This document shows, piece by piece, positions 1 to 9,768 of a DNA stretch of 64,000 nt. Below the pieces are notes generated by a model, which saw only the letters and a list, made by a program, of their open reading frames with translations, did not search any database and had not been told where the DNA came from. The stretch is from an uncultured Gemmatimonadaceae bacterium (lineage in GTDB: Bacteria; Gemmatimonadota; Gemmatimonadetes; Gemmatimonadales; Gemmatimonadaceae). Numbering within the stretch: position 1 is the first letter of the stretch; each line of letters opens with the position of its first letter. Made by a program: the position numbers and the translations under genes. Location: contig CAVTOB010000001.1 of NCBI GenBank assembly GCA_963736315.1, positions 958,287 through 1,022,286 on the forward strand, written 5' to 3'.

Positions 1-575
1 GCGCGGCGGCCCGCGCCGAGGTGCACCGCTTGCGCGCGAACAGCGACGCGATCGCCGCCGGCATCGGGACCGTGCTCGCCGACGATCCGGCGCTCACGGT
101 GCGCGACGCCCCGGCGCCGCGCGTGCAACCGCGGCGCGTCGTGTTCGACTCACAGGCGCGAATGCCGTTGGAGGCGACGCTCGTCCGTACGGCGCGCGAA
201 ACACCGACCGTCGTGATCGCGCGGCCGGGAGCGGACCGATCCGCCGTCGGCGCGCTGTTGGATCAGGGCGTCGAGGTGGTCACCGAACCGGATCTCGACG
301 CGGCGCTCGCCGCCCTGCGCGTGCGCGGTGTGCGGTCGCTGTTCCTCGAGGGCGGAGCGCGCCTCGCGGGATCGTTCCTCGAGCGCTCGCTCGTCGACAG
401 GCTCATTATCTTTCGCTCACGGAGGATCGTTGGCCACGGGCTGGGCGCGTTCGACTTCGCGCCGGCCGGATTTGCGGCGTCGCTCGCGCGAACGCGCGTG
501 GTCGACGAGCGGCCGTTTGGCGACGACACCATGACTATCTACGCTCTGCACGAGGTCGCGTGTTCACCGGCCTGA
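1..575 (+). CDS. ribD: Riboflavin biosynthesis protein RibD, C-terminal reductase domain (5' end outside window)
   Basis: The frame is open from the window edge. Motifs LRANSDAIAAGIGTVLADDPALTVR and RSLFLEGGARLAGSFL are typical of the RibD reductase domain. It is followed by ribE, ribBA and ribH. Confidence 0.85.
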   Translation, partial: AAARAEVHRLRANSDAIAAGIGTVLADDPALTVRDAPAPRVQPRRVVFDSQARMPLEATLVRTARETPTVVIARPGADRSAVGALLDQGVEVVTEPDLDAALAALRVRGVRSLFLEGGARLAGSFLERSLVDRLIIFRSRRIVGHGLGAFDFAPAGFAASLARTRVVDERPFGDDTMTIYALHEVACSPA

Positions 576-1171
576 TCGACGACGTCGGACGAATCACGAG
601 CGTCGCGTCCTCCGACGCCGGCCGGGAGTTCCGCATCGAGTGCCGCTACGCCGATCTCGCGCCGGGCGAAAGCATCGCGGTGAACGGCGCGTGCCTCACG
701 GTTCGCGAGCACGGCCCACAATGGTTCACCGCGGCCGCCGTGACGACTACGCTCGATCGGACGACGATCGGTACGTGGAGCGCCGGCGCCCGCGTGAACC
801 TCGAGCGGGCGCTGCGCGTCGGCGACCGCTTGGGCGGACATTTCGTCCAAGGTCATGTGGACGGGGTTGCCACGGTCGAGACGCTGGAACAGCGCGGCGA
901 CGCCCGCGTCATCGACCTTGCTCTCCCTTCCGGCCTCGCCGAGCTTATGGTACCGCACGGGTCGGTGGCGGTGGACGGCGTGAGCCTCACGGTGAACGAC
1001 CTTCCGGCTACCGGGCGGGGGACCCTGCAACTGTCGTTGATCGACTATACGCTGCGGCACACGACGCTCGGCGCACTGGCTGCCGGCGATCGCGTGCACG
1101 TCGAAGCCGACATGCTGGGGAAATACGTGCAGCGTTTGCTCAAGGAATCCACATGGCTTTCGGAACGATAG
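560..1171 (+). CDS. ribE: Riboflavin synthase alpha chain
   Basis: GTG start. N-terminus MFTGLIDDVGRI and internal repeat GDRLGGHFVQGHVDG are the classic riboflavin synthase signature. It overlaps the ribD stop by 16 nt. Confidence 0.9.
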   Translation: MFTGLIDDVGRITSVASSDAGREFRIECRYADLAPGESIAVNGACLTVREHGPQWFTAAAVTTTLDRTTIGTWSAGARVNLERALRVGDRLGGHFVQGHVDGVATVETLEQRGDARVIDLALPSGLAELMVPHGSVAVDGVSLTVNDLPATGRGTLQLSLIDYTLRHTTLGALAAGDRVHVEADMLGKYVQRLLKESTWLSER

Positions 1172-2370
1172 AGCAGGCAATCGAGGCGATTCGGGACGGC
1201 AAGTTCGTCATCGTCGCCGACGACGAGGACCGCGAGAACGAGGGCGATCTCATCTGCGCCGCGCAGCTGATCACGCCCGAGATGGTCAACTTCATGATCA
1301 AGAAGGCGGGCGGATTGATCTGCCTCGCGCTGTCCGGCGATCGCGTCGACGCGCTCGGCCTCGATCCGATGAGCGAGACCAATCTCGACGACTACCGCAC
1401 CAATTACACGGTGAGCATCGACGCGTCGGCGCGCTTCGGCGTGACGACGGGGATCAGCGCGCACGACCGCGCCAAGACGATTCGCGTCGCGGTCGACGCG
1501 GATGCCGAGCCCGGACACCTGCGGCACGGCGGCCACGTGTTCCCGCTGCGGGCGCGCGAAGGCGGCGTCCTCCAGCGCACGGGCCATACGGAAGCCGCCG
1601 TGGATCTCGCCCGTCTCGCCGGCCTTTCGCCGGCCGGCGTCGTGTGCGAGATCTTGAATGAGGACGGCTCGGCGTCGCGCCGGCCGCAGCTCGAGCAGTT
1701 CGCCGCCGAGCACAACATCGTCTTCGTCACCGTCGCGCAGCTCGTGGCGCACCGGCTCAAGAGCGAACGGCTCGTGCATCGCGTCGCCGAGGCGCGGCTG
1801 CCCACGGCGCACGGCGAGTGGCACATCGTCGGCTACCAGAACGACGTCGACGTGCACGAGCACGTCGCGCTCGTGTATGGCGACGTCGCGGGCGTGGACG
1901 GCGTGCTGGTTCGCATCCACTCGAAGTGTCTCACCGGCGACGTGTTCCATTCGCTCCGCTGCGACTGCGGCTGGCAGCTCGACAAGGCGATGGAGATGAT
2001 CGCCAAGGAAGGACGCGGCGTCGTCGTGTATCTCGACCAGGAAGGGCGGGGCATCGGGTTGCTCAACAAGCTCAAGGCGTACGAGCTCCAGGACCGCGGG
2101 GCCGACACGGTCGAGGCGAACGAACAGCTCGGCTTCAAGCCCGACCTGCGCAACTACGGCATCGGTGCGCAGATTCTCCTCGACCTGGGGATCTCGTCGA
2201 TCCGCCCGATCACGAACAACCCGCGCAAGATGGTCGGCCTCGAGGGCTACGGGATTCACCTCGGCGAGCGCGTGCCGATCGTCCAGCCGTCACAGGACGA
2301 GAATGCCGACTATCTCCGCACCAAGCGTGACAAGCTCGGACATCTGTTCACGTCCGACGCAGCCGATTGA
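1153..2370 (+). CDS. ribBA: Bifunctional 3,4-dihydroxy-2-butanone-4-phosphate synthase / GTP cyclohydrolase II
   Basis: Internal ATG at 1153 (MAFGTIEQAIEAIRDGKFVIVADDEDRENEGDL) within the longer 640..2370 ORF. The upstream part of that ORF is Arg-rich out-of-context sequence overlapping ribE. The C-terminal half carries GTP cyclohydrolase II motifs (RIHSKCLTGDVFHSLRCDCG). Confidence 0.93.
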   Translation: MAFGTIEQAIEAIRDGKFVIVADDEDRENEGDLICAAQLITPEMVNFMIKKAGGLICLALSGDRVDALGLDPMSETNLDDYRTNYTVSIDASARFGVTTGISAHDRAKTIRVAVDADAEPGHLRHGGHVFPLRAREGGVLQRTGHTEAAVDLARLAGLSPAGVVCEILNEDGSASRRPQLEQFAAEHNIVFVTVAQLVAHRLKSERLVHRVAEARLPTAHGEWHIVGYQNDVDVHEHVALVYGDVAGVDGVLVRIHSKCLTGDVFHSLRCDCGWQLDKAMEMIAKEGRGVVVYLDQEGRGIGLLNKLKAYELQDRGADTVEANEQLGFKPDLRNYGIGAQILLDLGISSIRPITNNPRKMVGLEGYGIHLGERVPIVQPSQDENADYLRTKRDKLGHLFTSDAAD

Positions 2371-2391
2371 CCTGAGGACCCTCATATAAAG

Positions 2392-2871
2392 ATGGCCGAA
2401 TTCGCCGGGACACCGTCCGGTGCACATCGGCGATTCGCGGTCGTCGCCAGCCGGTTCAACCAGTCGATTGTCGAAAAGCTGGTGGACGGCGCGCTCGACG
2501 CGCTCGTCCGCCATGGCGCGTCCGCCGACGACGTCGATGTCGTCTGGGTGCCGGGCGCGTGGGAGCTGCCCATCGCCGCGCGCCGTCTGCTGACGAGCGA
2601 GCGGTACGACGCGCTCGTCGCCGTCGGCGCGGTGATTCGCGGCGACACGCCGCACTTCGACTACGTCGCCGGCGAAGCGTCGCGCGGCCTCGCCCGCGCC
2701 AGCACGGAGTTCGACACGCCGATCGGGTTCGGCGTCCTGACGTGCGACAATGACGAGCAGGCGTTGGCGCGCGCGGGCGGCGCGCACGGCAACAAGGGCT
2801 GGGATGCGGCGCTCGCCGCCCTGGAGATGGCGGACCTGTTCGATCGCCTCGATGCCGCGGACGAGGGTTGA
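2392..2871 (+). CDS. ribH: 6,7-dimethyl-8-ribityllumazine synthase
   Basis: 159 aa. RFAVVASRFNQSIVEKLVDGA ... VVWVPGAWELP ... AVGAVIRGDTPHFDYV is the canonical lumazine synthase pattern. Confidence 0.93.
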   Translation: MAEFAGTPSGAHRRFAVVASRFNQSIVEKLVDGALDALVRHGASADDVDVVWVPGAWELPIAARRLLTSERYDALVAVGAVIRGDTPHFDYVAGEASRGLARASTEFDTPIGFGVLTCDNDEQALARAGGAHGNKGWDAALAALEMADLFDRLDAADEG

Positions 2872-3271
2872 AACCCGGGCCCGCGCTCGGGTCCTGCAAG
2901 CGCTGTATGCGTGGGACCTGCGCGGAAACGAGTCGCTCGAGCGCGTAGCGCATCGCATCTGGGACGACCTCGCGGTGCCCGCCGACGAGCGTCAGTTCGC
3001 GAAACCACTGGTCGACGAGCTCACGCGCCGCGGCTCGGCCCTCGACGCCGAACTCGCCGACGTCACGACGAATTGGCGTCTCGAGCGATTGGGTGTGGTC
3101 GAGCGCAGCGTGCTTCGGCTCGCGGCCGCGGAGCTCGAGCGCGGCGAGACGCCGCCGCGCGTCGTGATCCAGGAAGCCGTGCACCTCGCCGAACGGTATG
3201 GTTCGGCGCGCAGCGCGAAGTTCGTCAACGGCGTCATCGACGCGTTGGCTCGGCGCATGGGGCGCATGTAG
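2852..3271 (+). CDS. nusB: Transcription antitermination factor NusB
   Basis: ARARVLQALYAWDL ... ERLGVVERSVLRLAAAEL ... VVIQEAVHLAERYG ... KFVNGVIDAL. Start taken at ATG 2852, overlapping the ribH end. The start is uncertain by a few codons. Confidence 0.85.
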   Translation: MPRTRVETRARARVLQALYAWDLRGNESLERVAHRIWDDLAVPADERQFAKPLVDELTRRGSALDAELADVTTNWRLERLGVVERSVLRLAAAELERGETPPRVVIQEAVHLAERYGSARSAKFVNGVIDALARRMGRM

Positions 3272-4404
3272 TGCGCATCCTCGTCGTCAACTGGCAGGAT
3301 CGCGAGAATCCGCAGGCGGGCGGCGCCGAAATTCATCTCCACGAGATCTTCGGTCGTCTCGCGACGAAGGGGCACGACGTGCGCCTCCTCTGCGGCGGCT
3401 GGCCCGGCTGTCCGCCGCGCGCGACGCTCGACGCGATCGACGTGTTTCGTGTCGGCACGCGCCACAGCTTTCCATTCCGCGCACGCCGGCACTATCGGGC
3501 GCACCTCGCGGGCTGGGCCGACATCCTGGTCGAGGACATCAACAAGGTGCCGCTGTACACGCCGCGATGGGGGAGGGGAACGTCGCCGGGAGGGGGGAAG
3601 TTGCGCACGATGGCCCTCGTGCCGCATCTGTTCGGATCGACGGCGTTTCAGGAGTTGCCCGCGCCGCTCGCCGCCGCGGTGTGGACCGCGGAGCGCCCGC
3701 TCGGGCGCGTGTACCGCGGCGTGCCGTTCGAGGCGATCAGCGAGAGCACGGCCGACGACCTCGCGGGGCGCGGCATCGCGCGCTCGTCGATCGAGGTGAT
3801 CTACCCGGGCGTCGACACGATCGGCTATACCCCCGACGCGTCGCTGCGAGCCGCGACGCCCGTCTTCTCGTACCTCGGGCGGCTCAAACGATACAAGGGC
3901 GTGCATCTCGTGATTCGCGCGTTCGCGGAATTGAACGTTCCCAACGCCGTACTCGAGATCGCGGGCGCGGGCGATTATCGGCCCGATCTCGAGGAATTGG
4001 CTCACTCGCTTGATCTCCGCGATCGCGTCAAGTTTCTTGGGCGAATCAGCGAGCCGGAGAAGCTCTCGTTGCTGCGACGCTCATGGGCGCTGGTGTTTGC
4101 GTCTCCAAAGGAGGGGTGGGGAATCACGAACCTCGAGGCCGCGGCCTGCGCCACGCCGGTCGTCGCATCGAACTCGCCGGGAATCCGCGAGTCGGTGCGC
4201 GACGGTCACACGGGTTTTCTCGTCCCGCACGGCGACGTTCCCGCCATGGCGGCGGGGATGCGCCGCATCGCCGGGTCGCGCGAGCTCGTGGAGCGGCTGG
4301 GCGCCGAGGCGCGCGTGTTCGCCGAGAGCTTCACGTGGGAGCGCGCCGCCGACGAGACCGAGGCGCACCTGCAGCGAGTGATCGCGGCCGGGAGCCGCGC
4401 GTGA
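3271..4404 (+). CDS. Glycosyltransferase family 4 (GT-B, GT1 clan)
   Basis: GTG 3271 overlaps the nusB TAG. N-terminus VRILVVNWQDRENPQAGGAEIHLHEI, and C-terminal EGWGITNLEAAACATPVVASNSPGIRESVRDGHTGFLV (the E-x7-E type GT4 motif). Confidence 0.8.
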   Translation: MRILVVNWQDRENPQAGGAEIHLHEIFGRLATKGHDVRLLCGGWPGCPPRATLDAIDVFRVGTRHSFPFRARRHYRAHLAGWADILVEDINKVPLYTPRWGRGTSPGGGKLRTMALVPHLFGSTAFQELPAPLAAAVWTAERPLGRVYRGVPFEAISESTADDLAGRGIARSSIEVIYPGVDTIGYTPDASLRAATPVFSYLGRLKRYKGVHLVIRAFAELNVPNAVLEIAGAGDYRPDLEELAHSLDLRDRVKFLGRISEPEKLSLLRRSWALVFASPKEGWGITNLEAAACATPVVASNSPGIRESVRDGHTGFLVPHGDVPAMAAGMRRIAGSRELVERLGAEARVFAESFTWERAADETEAHLQRVIAAGSRA

Positions 4405-5372
4405 CGAAGCCGCTGACCATCGGACGCCTGCTGGAGCGCCTCAAAGACACTCTCGAGCTCGAGCACGTCGAGGGAACGGACGGCCTCGGGCGAACGATCG
4501 AGAACCCGAACGCGTCGAGCCCCGGCCTCGTGCTGGCCGGGTACACGGCACGGTTTCCCGCGCAACGCCTGCAGGTGCTCGGCGAGACCGAGATCACGTA
4601 CCTGAAGTCGATGGACCCGACGCTGCGCCGCGAGAATCTCAAGAAGTTTTTCTCGTTCCCGATCCCCGGCGTGTTCATCACGAAGGGGCAGGAGCCTGGG
4701 CCCGATCTGCTCGAGATCGCGGCGTCCGCCGGCGTCGCGTTGATCCGCTCGCACCTCAAGACCGACGAGTTCTACAACCGCCTCAAGCCCTGGCTCGAGG
4801 AGGAATTCTCGCCGACGACCAACCTCCACGCGTCGCTCGCCGACGTGTTCGGCGTCGGGCTCTTGTTCGTCGGCAAGAGCGGCATCGGCAAGTCGGAATG
4901 CGTGCTCGATCTCGTCGAGCGAGGCCACCGGTTCGTGGCCGACGATCTGGTCATCGCGCGCCGGCGCGGACGCAGCGTCGTCGTCGGGCGCGGGCACGAG
5001 CTGCAGAAACACCACATGGAGATTCGCGGCGTCGGACTGATCGACATTCCGTCGCTCTTCGGCGTGCGCGCAGTGCGCCATCAGAAGCGCATCGAGGTGG
5101 TGGTGCAGCTCGAGCACTGGGATCACGGCGACCCGCCGGACCGCACCGGCCTCGACACCGAAACGACGACGATTCTCGACGTCGAGTTGCCGAAGATGCG
5201 CGTCCCGCTCAACCCCGGGAAGAACATCACCGTCATCGCCGAAGTGATCGCGATGAATCACCTGCTCAAGTACAGCGGCATCGACCCGGCGCAGCGATTC
5301 AACGATCGTCTCGTCAAACAGCTGCGCGGCCGGTCCGACGTGCAGCGGTATCTCCAGGAGGACGATGAGTAG
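4401..5372 (+). CDS. hprK: HPr kinase/phosphorylase
   Basis: GTG 4401 forms a GTGA overlap with the GT stop. Walker-A-like GKSGIGKSECVLDLV and the HprK signature EIRGVGLIDI are present. Confidence 0.9.
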   Translation: MTKPLTIGRLLERLKDTLELEHVEGTDGLGRTIENPNASSPGLVLAGYTARFPAQRLQVLGETEITYLKSMDPTLRRENLKKFFSFPIPGVFITKGQEPGPDLLEIAASAGVALIRSHLKTDEFYNRLKPWLEEEFSPTTNLHASLADVFGVGLLFVGKSGIGKSECVLDLVERGHRFVADDLVIARRRGRSVVVGRGHELQKHHMEIRGVGLIDIPSLFGVRAVRHQKRIEVVVQLEHWDHGDPPDRTGLDTETTTILDVELPKMRVPLNPGKNITVIAEVIAMNHLLKYSGIDPAQRFNDRLVKQLRGRSDVQRYLQEDDE

Positions 5373-5778
5373 CGAAAGCGTCCCCTCGGGCGAGGGCCCG
5401 CGGGCGATCGTCGCCGGGCACGGAGATTTCGCGGCGGGACTGATCTCCGCCGTCGATCAGATCTCCGGGCGCGGGCGCATGCTGCTCCCGCTCGCCATCA
5501 AACAGCTCGGCGTCGAGGACATCGAGGCGTTGCTGCGCAAGGAGATGGTCGCCACCGGCGTCCGCGTGATCTTCACCGACCTGCAAGCGGGCAGCTGTAC
5601 GATGGCGTCGCGCAGGATTCTGCACGGCATGGAGGACGCCGTACTCGTCGCCGGCGTGAACCTGCCGACGCTCCTCGATTTCGTGTTCGCCGACTCGATG
5701 CCGCCCGTCGTCGCCGCGCGTCACGCGGCGGAGCGCGGCAAGGCGTCGATCGTCGCCATCGGCGGAACATCGAAGTGA
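5365..5778 (+). CDS. PTS mannose-family EIIA component
   Basis: 137 aa. N-terminal IVAGHGDFAAGL carries the phosphorylatable His in the position typical of EIIA-Man. It overlaps the hprK stop by 8 nt. Confidence 0.8.
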   Translation: MSSESVPSGEGPRAIVAGHGDFAAGLISAVDQISGRGRMLLPLAIKQLGVEDIEALLRKEMVATGVRVIFTDLQAGSCTMASRRILHGMEDAVLVAGVNLPTLLDFVFADSMPPVVAARHAAERGKASIVAIGGTSK

Positions 5779-6266
5779 CGCTCGAGCTCTTTCGCATCGA
5801 CGACCGCCTGATTCATGGACAGGTCGTGGTGGGTTGGGGCCAGCCGCTCGACCTCAAGTTCATCGTGCTCGTCGACGACGCGGTGGCGTCGAGCGCCTGG
5901 GAGCAGGAGCTCTACCGCATGGGCGTGCCGCCCGAGATGGACGTCTTCTTTCACGACGTCGACACGGCCGCGACGCGGATCCCCGTGTATCGCGCCGACC
6001 CGCGCGCCGGCTTGCTCCTCACGGGCGACATCGCGACCATGCAGCGTCTCGCCGAAAACGTCACGCCCCCTCTCGACGCGGTGAACGTCGGCGGCATCCA
6101 CTCACGGCCCGGTCGCGTGCAGCGGCTGCGCTACGTCTTCCTGTCCAGCGACGAGGCGACGGAACTTCGCGCGTTGGAGATGCGTGGCGTGAAGGTGACC
6201 GCTCAGGACCTGCCCGGCGCGCGCTGCGTTCCGCTCGACGACCTGCTGCATGGAAGCGACCTGTGA
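5775..6266 (+). CDS. PTS mannose/sorbose-family EIIB component
   Basis: N-terminus LFRIDDRLIHGQVVVGW is the EIIB-Man active-site His motif. There is a GTGA overlap with EIIA. Confidence 0.85.
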   Translation: MTLELFRIDDRLIHGQVVVGWGQPLDLKFIVLVDDAVASSAWEQELYRMGVPPEMDVFFHDVDTAATRIPVYRADPRAGLLLTGDIATMQRLAENVTPPLDAVNVGGIHSRPGRVQRLRYVFLSSDEATELRALEMRGVKVTAQDLPGARCVPLDDLLHGSDL

Positions 6267-6949
6267 CCGGCGTCGTCGAGGTGCTGCCGATCGCGCTGTT
6301 GGGCGGCCTGCTCGGGCTGGACGTCGTGAGTTTTCCGCAGGCGATGTTCTCGCGCCCGCTGGTGGCCGCGACGCTCGCCGGCGCGCTCCTCGGACAGCCG
6401 TCGAGCGGGCTGCTCATCGGCGTGGCGCTGGAGCTCGTCGCGTTGGAGACGCTGCCGTTCGGCGCGTCTCGATATCCGGAGTGGGGATCGGCCGCGGTCG
6501 TCGGCGGCGCGATCTTCTCGGAGCATCCGTCGCATCCGGCGGGCGCGATGACCATCGCCGCGCTCGGCGCCCTTGCCACGACCTGGGTCGGCGGCTGGAC
6601 GATGGTCAAGCTGCGACAATTGAACGCGCGTTGGGCTCGCGCGCGGCGCGACGGCCTCGAGGCCGGCGCGCGAGGCACGGTGATCTCGCTCCAACTGATG
6701 GGTCTCACCGCGGATCTCCTGCGCGGCGGCCTGCTCACGCTGATCGCGTTCCTGATTCTCTCCCCGCTCGCCAATGCGACGATCGGACTCTGGACGACGG
6801 ACGCGCGTGTTTCGCGCAGCCTCGTCGTCGCGACGGTGGCGAGCGTTGCGGCCGGCGCGGCGTGGAAACTCTTTCATGCGACGGCCGGCGCGCGCTGGTT
6901 CTTCGTCGGCGGACTTGCCGTCGGACTCGTGATCCTCTTCGCGAAATGA
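6263..6949 (+). CDS. PTS mannose-family EIIC component (short form)
   Basis: GTG 6263 within the longer 5834..6949 ORF. The protein is hydrophobic with multiple TM segments (LPIALLGGLLGLDVVSFPQAMFSRPLVAATLAG). Its position between IIB and IID supports the call. Confidence 0.75.
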   Translation: MTGVVEVLPIALLGGLLGLDVVSFPQAMFSRPLVAATLAGALLGQPSSGLLIGVALELVALETLPFGASRYPEWGSAAVVGGAIFSEHPSHPAGAMTIAALGALATTWVGGWTMVKLRQLNARWARARRDGLEAGARGTVISLQLMGLTADLLRGGLLTLIAFLILSPLANATIGLWTTDARVSRSLVVATVASVAAGAAWKLFHATAGARWFFVGGLAVGLVILFAK

Positions 6950-7740
6950 CGACCGCCGCCCAGCCCTCTCAGCCTCGGGTTCCGACCCCGATCAGCGAGC
7001 TGCCGTTTCGGACTCGACTCGCGATCTTCATGCGCCTGCTCGCCATTCAGGGGTCGTGGAACTACGAAAGTCTGCTCGGCAACGGCATTGGATTTTGCCT
7101 CGAGCCGGCGTTGCGGTTGTTCCCGGAGGGGATTCACTCGGAGCGCTTCAAGACCGCGCTGGCCCGCGAGAGTCATTACTTCAACGCGCATCCGTATCTG
7201 GCGTCGGTCGCGGTGGGCGCGCTCGCGCGCGCTGAGCTCGACGGCGAGCCGCCACAACGCATCGAGCGATTCCGCACGGCTTTGTGCGGGCCGCTCGGGA
7301 GCGTCGGCGACCGGCTGGTGTGGGCGGGTTGGCTTCCGTTCTGCTCGCTTGCGTCGCTCGCCATCTTTGGACTGGGTGCGAGCGCGCCCGTGGTCGTCGG
7401 GTTCTTTCTGCTCGTCTACAACGCCGGACACCTCGGTCTGCGCGCGTGGGGCCTGCGCACGGGCTGGAAGCACGGGCTGCGCGTGGCGTCGGCGCTCGGC
7501 AACCCGGTGCTGCGTCGAGGACCGGAGCAGATTGGACGGCTGGCTGCGCTCGCCACGGGTGTGGCGATTCCGTTGTCGCTCGGCCGGATCATCGGCCCCG
7601 GGCGAAATCTCCTTGGCGGCGTCCTCATCGCCGTCGCGGTCGGCGCCTTCGTCGTCGTGCGTCTGAAGGGTCGCATCGAAGGCTGGAGGCTCTCGCTCGG
7701 CGTTCTCGCTGCTTTCGTCCTCGTTTCGGTGATCGCCTAA
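6946..7740 (+). CDS. PTS mannose-family EIID component
   Basis: ATG 6946 forms an ATGA overlap with IIC. LAIQGSWNYESLLGNGIGFCLEPAL ... YFNAHPYLASVAVGA is typical of IID. Confidence 0.8.
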   Translation: MTTAAQPSQPRVPTPISELPFRTRLAIFMRLLAIQGSWNYESLLGNGIGFCLEPALRLFPEGIHSERFKTALARESHYFNAHPYLASVAVGALARAELDGEPPQRIERFRTALCGPLGSVGDRLVWAGWLPFCSLASLAIFGLGASAPVVVGFFLLVYNAGHLGLRAWGLRTGWKHGLRVASALGNPVLRRGPEQIGRLAALATGVAIPLSLGRIIGPGRNLLGGVLIAVAVGAFVVVRLKGRIEGWRLSLGVLAAFVLVSVIA

Positions 7741-8006
7741 TGCCCGAACGCACCGTTCAGATCGTCAACCGCAACGGCCTGCACGCGCGGCCGGCCGCCG
7801 AGATCGTGAAGCTCGCCTCGAAATTCCAGGCCGAGATCACGATCGTGAAGGACGATCTCGACGTGAACGGCAAGAGCATCATGGGCGTGATGATGTTGGC
7901 GGCTGAACACGGATCGAGCATCACGTTGCGCGCCGAAGGTCCCGACGCGGCGCAGGCGCTCGACGCGCTGGCGACGCTCGTCGGCAACAAGTTCGGGGAG
8001 AGTTGA
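7740..8006 (+). CDS. ptsH: Phosphocarrier protein HPr
   Basis: 88 aa. The His15 region is NRNGLHARPAAE and the Ser46 region is VNGKSIMGVMML. There is a TAATG overlap with IID. Confidence 0.92.
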   Translation: MPERTVQIVNRNGLHARPAAEIVKLASKFQAEITIVKDDLDVNGKSIMGVMMLAAEHGSSITLRAEGPDAAQALDALATLVGNKFGES

Positions 8007-9758
8007 GTGGACAAGAAGCTCACCGGAATCCCCGCGTCACCGGGCATCGCTGTCGGCACGGTGCATCTCCTCAGGTGGGAGGTGCCCGACGTGCCCCAGC
8101 ACATCATTCCCGACGACGCGATTCCGCGTGAGATTGCCCGCCTCCACGAGGCGCGGGCGCGGGCGAAGGACCGGCTCCAGTCGATTCGCGACCGCGTCGA
8201 GCGCACCGCCGGGCCGCAGGAAGCGGCGATCTTCGACGTGCAGCGCGAGATCCTCGACGACCGCGAGCTGATCGCCGGGTCCGAGGCGCTGATCAAGCAG
8301 AATCTCTCGGCCGAGAAGGCCTTCGAGATCGTGATGCTCGAGTGGAGGGAGCGCTTCGCGCGCGCCGGCCATCCCATGCTCCGCGAGCGCATCGGCGATT
8401 TGAAGGACGTCGAGATCCGTGTGTTGACCCTGTTGCTCGACCTGCCGGACCACGATCCGGTGGATCTGCCCAAGGGCGCCAACGCGATCCTCGTCACGCA
8501 CGATCTCACGCCGAGCCTCACCGTGCAGCTCGACCGGGACGCGATCATCGCGATCGCCACCGACGCCGGCACGCGCACGTCACACGTCGCGATTCTCGCG
8601 CGATCCCTTGGACTGCCCGCGATCGTCGGTCTTCGCACGGCGACGCAGCAGTTGAGCGGACACGAGACGGCGATCCTCGACGGATCCACCGGCCTTCTCG
8701 CGATCAACCCGACGCACTTCGAGATCGACGCGTACAAGGAGCGCGCGCGACAGGAGGCGCTCGAGGAAGCGGAGCTGAGCCACCTCGCCGGCCTCGACGC
8801 GGTCACGACCGACGGCGTGCGCATCACGCTGCGCGCGAACGTCGACCTCCCTGAAGAGGCGGACATCGGCGCGACGAGCGGCGCGGAGGGCGTCGGGCTC
8901 ATGCGCACCGAGTTCCTCGTCGTCGGCCGCGCGACGATGCCCGACGAGGACGAGCAATATCGCGCCTACAGGCGCGTCGTCGAGGCGTTCGGCGGCAAGC
9001 CGGTCGTGATTCGCACGTTCGACATCGGCGGCGACAAGCTCCCGGTCGGCGGATTTCCCAGCGAGCCCAATCCGTTTCTCGGGTGGCGCGCAATCCGCAT
9101 GTGCCTCGACCAGCCCGAGCTCTTCAGCGTGCAGTTACGCGCGCTGTTGCGCGCGGCGGTCCATGGCGACTTGCGCATTATGCTGCCGCTCGTCGTCACC
9201 GTCGACGAGGTTCGCCAGGCGCGCAAGCTGCTCGACGAAGCCGCAGATGAGCTCGAGGCGCGCGGCGCCGAGTTCCGCCGCGACGTGCCGCTCGGCGTGA
9301 TGATCGAGACGCCGGCGGCGGCCGTCGCGTGCAACACGTTCGTCGACGACGTGGCGTTCTTCAGCATCGGGACGAACGACCTGGTGCAGTACACCCTCGC
9401 CGTCGATCGCGGCAACGCGAACCTCGCGATGCGGTTCACGCCGCTCCACCCCGCGGTCTTGCGGCTGATTCGTCGCACGATCTTCACCGCCGACCAGCAT
9501 CTGCTCGACAGCGCCGTGTGCGGCGAGATGGCGTCGCAGCCGCTCATGGCCTTCGCGCTCATCGGACTCGGCGTCCGGCAGCTCAGCGTCGCGCCGCGAT
9601 CGGTGCCGCTGGTCAAACGAATCGTACGCGGGATCTCCGTGGCGGCCGCGCAGGAAGCGGCGAACGCCGCCGCCGACTCGGCGACCGCCGCCGAGTCGGA
9701 GGCCATCTTGCGCGAGCGTCTGGCCGAAGTGATCGGCCACGACGCGGCCGCCGACTGA
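8007..9758 (+). CDS. ptsI: Phosphoenolpyruvate-protein phosphotransferase (PTS Enzyme I)
   Basis: 583 aa with a GTG start immediately after the ptsH stop. The active-site region is [21 protein letters not shown], with a C-terminal PEP-utilising domain ([18 protein letters not shown]). Confidence 0.95.
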   Translation: MDKKLTGIPASPGIAVGTVHLLRWEVPDVPQHIIPDDAIPREIARLHEARARAKDRLQSIRDRVERTAGPQEAAIFDVQREILDDRELIAGSEALIKQNLSAEKAFEIVMLEWRERFARAGHPMLRERIGDLKDVEIRVLTLLLDLPDHDPVDLPKGANAILVTHDLTPSLTVQLDRDAIIAIATDAGTRTSHVAILARSLGLPAIVGLRTATQQLSGHETAILDGSTGLLAINPTHFEIDAYKERARQEALEEAELSHLAGLDAVTTDGVRITLRANVDLPEEADIGATSGAEGVGLMRTEFLVVGRATMPDEDEQYRAYRRVVEAFGGKPVVIRTFDIGGDKLPVGGFPSEPNPFLGWRAIRMCLDQPELFSVQLRALLRAAVHGDLRIMLPLVVTVDEVRQARKLLDEAADELEARGAEFRRDVPLGVMIETPAAAVACNTFVDDVAFFSIGTNDLVQYTLAVDRGNANLAMRFTPLHPAVLRLIRRTIFTADQHLLDSAVCGEMASQPLMAFALIGLGVRQLSVAPRSVPLVKRIVRGISVAAAQEAANAAADSATAAESEAILRERLAEVIGHDAAAD

Positions 9759-9768
9759 GGGTTCGTCG

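Noticed and set aside
1045-2259. 404-aa minus-strand ORF across the ribBA region
   Set aside because: It is antisense to an unmistakable ribBA gene. Its composition is dominated by R, A, D, V and H, as expected for shadow ORFs in high-GC DNA. No recognisable motifs are present.
7757-8908. 383-aa minus-strand ORF
   Set aside because: It is antisense to ptsH/ptsI, and its Ser/Arg/Ala-rich low-information sequence marks it as a GC-driven shadow frame.
9759-9768. SAM riboswitch upstream of metK, and cobalamin riboswitch upstream of the btuF-like gene at 12645
   Set aside because: The intergenic gaps are only 10 nt (ptsI-metK) and 4 nt (12641-12644), so there is no room for a riboswitch aptamer.
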